Assembly (NCBI GenBank): GCA_027460535.1
Contig: JAPZAR010000027.1
Location: 270,554 to 302,553 of the forward strand
Direction: 5' to 3'
DNA length: 32,000 nucleotides
From: Candidatus Methanoperedens sp.
GTDB taxonomy: Archaea; Halobacteriota; Methanosarcinia; Methanosarcinales; Methanoperedenaceae
Shown one piece after another: positions 28,116 to 32,000 of this stretch. Below the pieces are notes generated by a model. That model searched no databases. It was not told where the DNA came from and worked only from the letters and a program-made list of their open reading frames with translations. Both the position numbers and the translations under genes were made by a program. How positions within the stretch are numbered: the stretch's first letter is position 1; every line of letters starts with the position of its first letter.

Positions 28116-28457
28116 GCTGTTACATAGGAGGTAATCCCCCCATGCCGGCCATCTGGTCCAGCACAAGCTCGCCGGGCTGGGTATAGCGCAGGATGAGGTT
28201 GCGCGGGATGTAGGGGGACCAGTTGCCCCTGTAGTTCCCAACGTGCGTCGCCCAGTCGCAGCGGTCGGAGAAGCTCCAGACCTTGGTGGTTTCTGGGGTG
28301 AAGGTGGAGGGGGCGAAAAATCTACCCTTATCGGCATCTTCAAGCTTAGTGAATGGTAATCGTTATGCAGCAGGAAAAAGAATATACACAATACAGGATA
28401 AATAAAAATAATATAAGATCTTATAATAACAAATCGCAAAACCATAAGGAGTTCATA

Positions 28458-28652
28458 ATGACGGAAGCAGAGATAATTGATGCAATTTATGACAACGGGG
28501 TTCTTAAACCTTTAAAAAAGATCGAACCATATGAAGGCAAGATAATAGAGATACGCATACGGAAAGTGGAAAATATTTTGAGAGAAACTTCTGGAATATT
28601 CAAAGGAAAATACAATAAGAAAATGAGATATGAAATGTATGATACTCATTGA
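28458..28652 (+). CDS. DUF104 (AF2212-like) antitoxin
   Basis: IDAIYDNGVLKPLKKIEPYEGKIIEIRI is the hallmark DUF104 pattern. An AAGGAG RBS-like sequence lies upstream of the ATG at 28458. Confidence 0.75.
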   Translation: MTEAEIIDAIYDNGVLKPLKKIEPYEGKIIEIRIRKVENILRETSGIFKGKYNKKMRYEMYDTH

Positions 28653-29082
28653 TTCGTCTGTTTTCCTGAAACATTTTCTTGAAGGTGATGCAAAAGCGCA
28701 TGATTTTTTGAAAAACGCTAAAGACAAAGCGGTTATTTGTGATATTATTGTAAATGAAGTTATATATATTTTAATGAAACAATACGTTGTCAATAGATAC
28801 GATTTAAAACACTACGATGCTATTGATCATCTCAAGAAACCAGATATTTTCCAGGAAGCATTTGACAATGCGCTTGTTTTTATAAAATTGATAAAAGCCA
28901 TTGATTGCGAAGTACTACCCGATGCGAGATACTTTGAAATGATGGATATTATGGGAAAATATAACCTTCTTCCGAATGATGCTTTGATCGCTGCGACATG
29001 CAGAGCCTATGGAATATCCAGGGTTGCATCTTTTGACAGCGATTTAAAAAATTTGGATTTCATAGAGCTTATTGAATTATAA
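28630..29082 (+). CDS. PIN-domain toxin (VapC-like)
   Basis: ILIDSSVF at the N-terminus, LPNDALIAATC, and SFDSD at the C-terminus. It overlaps the DUF104 gene. Confidence 0.75.
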   Translation: MKCMILIDSSVFLKHFLEGDAKAHDFLKNAKDKAVICDIIVNEVIYILMKQYVVNRYDLKHYDAIDHLKKPDIFQEAFDNALVFIKLIKAIDCEVLPDARYFEMMDIMGKYNLLPNDALIAATCRAYGISRVASFDSDLKNLDFIELIEL

Positions 29083-29161
29083 TTAAAAGTCATTGTATGG
29101 ATTGAGCAGACACTGGAGTCCGGGGGGTGTTAGGGGAAGGTGAGAATAACATCTGAAACGC

Positions 29162-30248
29162 CTACCACCACTTCATGCTCTCCCTGAACCTCGTCACCCT
29201 CTCCCCCGCATCCGGCTTCCTGAACACATAGAGGTGCTCATGCCCTATCAGATAGAAGTCATATTTTTTCCCGAACCACTTCTCCCTTGTGCTCTTCATC
29301 TTCCACTGCAGCTTGATTATATCCTCGCGCAGGATGAGCCCTGCCTCAAGAAAGCTCATCAGCACCCGCGGCGTGATGGGCACGAAATGCTTGTTGCGCC
29401 GCGTATCGCCTATCAGGATGGCGCAGTGCTTATTGGGCTTGAGCACGCGCATGCATTCAAGCGCGACTTTCCGCATCTCCTCGGCAAACTCAGCGATGTT
29501 GTGCACGCTTGAAAGCCGAAACTTCGGCTTGCGCAGTGTTGGGGTATGCTTTGCATACCCCTCGTTTGATAAAAAGGTCGCCCTCGCGATCATGGGAATA
29601 GGGGATGATGCTGGCATAGGGAGGGTGGGTGGCGATGAGGTCAACGGACTCGCTCTCTATCAGGTCAAGCGAGCGCGCGTCTCCCGTGTATGTCCTGATC
29701 TCAGGTACTTTATACTCGGCATCCAGCGGCTTGTAAACAAAATCCAGCCTGTTGCGCGCCACCATGACAGCATCCGGGTTGATATCCACACCCACGGGGC
29801 GCCAGGAGCTTGCATTCCACCAGAGTTGTGCCTGAGCCCATCATCCCGAGTCGCGCCTCGGGAGGGCGCAGACACGTCAACCGTTGCGCCAGTTGACGTC
29901 GCACACACGTATGGCTCCGCCATACGTGGATATCGCTGCGCGATATGCCCGCAGGGCATACGTGGATTCCCGCTTACGGTCAAGCACATGCTCGCCGGGC
30001 TGTGTATAGCGCAAAATGAGGTTGCGCGGGATGTATGGCGACCAGTTGCCCCTGTAATTCCCCACGTGCGTGGCCCAGTCGCCGCGGTCGGGGAAGGACC
30101 AGACTGTGGTGGTTTCGGGGGTGAAGGTGGAGGGGGCAAAATTTGAGATCGTCCACTTCGGCTGGAGTTTTATTTTTGTTTCCCCGATTTCCACTTCCGT
30201 GTGGGATTGGAGGAAATGTTTGTAGTCAGTCCTTGTGATCTCGAACAA
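29162..30248 (-). pseudogene. N6A/N4C DNA methyltransferase paralog 2, interrupted
   Basis: Motif X/I region: WSFPDRGDWATHVGNYRGNWSPYIPRNLILRYTQPGEHVLD-[134 nt insert]-MMGSGTTLVECKLL. Motif IV is DLIATHPPY and the later motif is RVLKPNKHCAILIGD. It has three lesions: the insertion at 29845-29978, a +1 frame break at the C4 run 29796-29799, and a 20-nt deletion relative to paralog 1 near 29571-29577. Confidence 0.75.
29845..29978. repeat. 134-nt array of five short GC-rich hairpins inserted in methyltransferase motif I
   Basis: The stems are at 29844-29863, 29884-29909 (ACGTCAAC/GTTGACGT), 29906-29928, 29930-29946 (ATATCGC/GCGATAT) and 29944-29960. Two of them are variants of modules found at 26.0 kb and 28.0 kb. 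Confidence 0.75.
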
Positions 30249-30373
30249 GGATCGATATTGATATGATTACTAATATATAAATTAATATGATCTAATTATG
30301 TGAATATAATTAAGTTGGAAGTAAGGTGTAAGTAAGTTATAATTAAAAAATCCGATTTAAGATCATTAATGCA

Positions 30374-30556
30374 TTATTTATTTTCAAAGATTCTCGTATA
30401 TTTTAATATGGTTAATTTTCCTTCATTAGTAATTTCCAAAGAAAAAACATCCCCCTCATTTATTTTATTTTCTTTGCAAACCTGTGTAGGTATTGTAATA
30501 TCCAGAGAATCTGTACCGTGATGAGTGCGGGCTTTTACAGTGAATTTTTTACCCAT
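30374..30556 (-). CDS. Small AbrB/SpoVT/MazE-like DNA-binding protein (candidate R-M controller)
   Basis: 60 aa. DSLDITIPTQVCKENKINEGDVFSLEI fits the swapped-hairpin consensus (xxITIPKxxxxxLglkeGDxv). It lies between the REase and MTase genes on the same strand. Confidence 0.5.
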   Translation of the reverse strand: MGKKFTVKARTHHGTDSLDITIPTQVCKENKINEGDVFSLEITNEGKLTILKYTRIFENK

Positions 30557-30574
30557 GCTTTCTTAGTAATTTCA

Positions 30575-30608
30575 TGTACATAATTTATTTACTGTACATA
30601 ATGCACAT
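30575..30608. promoter_or_regulatory. Direct repeats TGTACATAAT (x2, plus the degenerate TGCACAT) flanking a TATA-like box upstream of the AbrB-like gene
   Basis: TGTACATAAT occurs at 30575-30584 and at 30593-30602. The repeats lie 19-50 nt upstream of the start codon at 30556. Confidence 0.45.
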
Positions 30609-30611
30609 CAT

Positions 30612-31115
30612 CTAATTTTCTGGAAGCAAACCTAACAAGAGTATTGGGACAGGAATTGGCAACAATTTAAAATATCGATATGCAAAGTCGAATTCAGCCA
30701 TATTATTTACGCTAGCAGGGCGAGTTGGGAAAAACTCTTTTGGTGTTGTGGGAACAATCAAGACTGCCAAAGAAAGAAGATTTTTTGTCAATCCAAAATG
30801 AAATTTATAATAATCACGATAGATGGTTGCACTGTTTCCAAATTGAATCTCTACAAAAACATCATTCTTTTGATAGTCTCCTATTAATTTTGGATTTTCA
30901 TAAAGCACAGGTTGTGGCTGCCAATTATATTTGAAAAATTCAGCATCAAATGCTTTATTGTATGCTGTTTGATGTTTATACTCGGTGCCGTTTTGCTGAA
31001 TTTCGAATTCAGGCTTCCATTTTACAGAATCTATGCATGAAAATATTTCTTGTACTTCATCGACATTACGAAGTAAGCGCGGACTGCAAAAAAAATACTC
31101 TTTCTTAAATTTCAT
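30612..31115 (-). CDS. BglII/BstYI-family type II restriction endonuclease
   Basis: GDYQKNDVFVEIQFGN matches the BglII catalytic block DFGKRDTLVEVQFSN (D-x8-E-x-Q). The downstream segments AVLIVP and PIPVPILLLGL parallel BglII VAIIIT and VPIRLVGL. Confidence 0.6.
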   Translation of the reverse strand: MKFKKEYFFCSPRLLRNVDEVQEIFSCIDSVKWKPEFEIQQNGTEYKHQTAYNKAFDAEFFKYNWQPQPVLYENPKLIGDYQKNDVFVEIQFGNSATIYRDYYKFHFGLTKNLLSLAVLIVPTTPKEFFPTRPASVNNMAEFDFAYRYFKLLPIPVPILLLGLLPEN

Positions 31116-31162
31116 GATTCAGTTATATATTTAAAAACGGATCAATCAAAAATATCAATTTC

Positions 31163-31180
31163 TGTACAATATGTACATAT
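31163..31180. promoter_or_regulatory. Tandem TGTACA motifs (TGTACAATATGTACATAT) upstream of the endonuclease gene
   Basis: Read directly, about 48-65 nt upstream of the ATG at 31115. A TTTAAATATATA box lies between the motifs and the start. Confidence 0.4.
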
Positions 31181-31310
31181 GTTTGGTATCTTTTTTGAAC
31201 TCCCTCGCCGGATTATAGGAAAATCTGGATATCGCAAAATACAGAATATAGTGACTAGATAATCTCATTACCACAATATGTATTAAGAAAATCAAAAATT
31301 TCGCTGCCCT

Positions 31311-31493
31311 TTACTCACCAAAGAATTCAATCTTTTGTAAATTATGCTCCTTCGCCAGAGTGTAGAGATTGATGAGCAGTTCATAAGTTCTTGCCCTGCA
31401 AATCCCTTTTATATCTCTGAAAAGACTGCGTCCGATCTCTTTATCAAACTTGCCCATTTTATCAATAGGCAAGATTATAAAAAGTTTTCCCAA
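31311..31493 (-). CDS. Hypothetical small protein (possibly a gene fragment)
   Basis: 60 aa ORF only. No motif is recognised. Confidence 0.2.
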   Translation of the reverse strand: MGKLFIILPIDKMGKFDKEIGRSLFRDIKGICRARTYELLINLYTLAKEHNLQKIEFFGE

Positions 31494-31502
31494 TGTCCTA
31501 AT

Positions 31503-32000
31503 TTATACCGCATAATGAAATAATAAAAAATCGTCCCAATTCCAAATACCATCTGAGAGCGATTCAATCATAGCAGGTGTTAAATTATCGTGTATCGTAT
31601 CCATAAAGTTCCAATGGAATTGAATGAGTTCCGTTGCATTTCTGAGCCGTGATTTCTTTTTAGAATAGCACTTTGTTTTTCTAACCAGCCTTCCGACACG
31701 TTCTCTCATGATTCCATTGAAATTCTCAATATTGGTAGTTTCAATATCTTCCGTATCAGGATTTCCGAAGATTGTTCTTTTTCTTTTGTCAACTACTCTT
31801 CAGTTTTCTCTAATTTTCACAATTTGACCATAATCAATACAAGTGTCAGCATAGTATTCAAGAAGAGTGAATACATAATCATCGTTTCCATCTGAAAAAA
31901 TCTGGATTTTATTATTTGGGAATGGGAGTTCCACTCTTGAGAAGAGTTTTTCGATCATTTCTTTGCAGGTTTCCTGAGTCCATTTTCCGATAGAATACGC
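31503..32000 (-). mobile_element. IS1-family transposase, 3' part, with an in-frame TGA (5' end outside the window)
   Basis: My translation gives ...IFSDGNDDYVFTLLEYY...KIREN*RVVDKRKRTIFGNP...TTNIENFNGIMRERVGRLVRKTKCYSKK.... This matches the IS1 InsB C-terminal pattern (IER-N...R...RL-RKT/S--FSK). The stop codon is at 31800-31802. Confidence 0.65.

Larger units (their letters stand above)
27224..28322 (-). pseudogene. N6A/N4C DNA methyltransferase paralog 1, degraded
   Basis: It is homologous to the gene at 29162-30248. There is no start codon, because homology begins at FAPSTF. A 218-nt insertion sits in motif I (27918-28135). It has a shared +1 frame break at the C4 run 27894-27897. The motif IV (THPPY) region is replaced by a palindromic element (27697-27805). 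The C-terminal 173-codon ORF is intact. Confidence 0.75.

Noticed and set aside
28029-28445. 138-aa Pro/Thr/Gly-rich ORF (and the 29660-30139 minus-strand and 29289-30146 plus-strand ORFs) overlapping the methyltransferase genes
   Set aside because: These are alternative frames or the antisense strand of a GC-rich coding region. The frame carrying the canonical MTase motifs shows the synonymous-substitution pattern, and these frames do not.
29845-29978. Group II intron or intein explanation for the methyltransferase interruption
   Set aside because: At 134 nt the insert is far too short for a group II intron and lacks the GUGYG...AY ends. It has an in-frame stop and is not a multiple of 3, so it cannot be an intein. 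A BHB-type intron could not be confirmed by eye, so that possibility is kept only as a testable alternative in the findings.
30575-31180. TGTACA as the recognition site of the R-M system itself (a BsrGI-like specificity)
   Set aside because: TGTACA also occurs in ordinary genes of this window (for example near 204, 1329, 12296 and 26086), so it is not avoided. Specificity cannot be derived from the sequence. The operator interpretation is preferred but unproven.

Overview
The window is archaeal and chromosomal. It looks like a Methanosarcinales or ANME-2d (Methanoperedens-like) genome. That placement is inferred from a Cam-type gamma-carbonic anhydrase, mqnA, a porCDAB operon and the archaeal aIF2gamma-PIN-Rpo7-Spt4-DUF359-S24e-S27ae cluster.

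Bases 1 to about 24.7 kb are dense, ordinary core genome. They carry DNA repair genes (Endo III-like, ogt, alkA-like), argD and hisC, the translation/transcription cluster, tRNA-Arg(GCG), pyruvate:ferredoxin oxidoreductase, a HEPN/MNT pair, a PII protein, mqnA, a COG1361 surface protein with a MacB-type ABC transporter, a Cam-RidA fusion and queC.

From about 24.7 kb to the window end the sequence becomes a decaying accessory or defence island. It holds four toxin-antitoxin-like cassettes: VapBC, a Phd-like protein with a YgiT zinc finger, DUF433/DUF5615, and DUF104/PIN. It also holds a BglII-like restriction endonuclease, a small AbrB-like protein, and two paralogous DNA methyltransferase genes that are both broken. 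An IS1-family transposase fragment sits at the edge.

The most unusual signal is a family of modular GC-rich hairpin repeats that resemble REP/BIME or Rickettsia palindromic elements. Their stems covary between copies. They cluster in one intergenic gap and lie inside both methyltransferase genes at the motif I (FxGxG) region. Both paralogs also share an identical CCC-C +1 frame break, although they differ mostly by synonymous changes on both sides of it. No CRISPR array, rRNA or cas genes are present.
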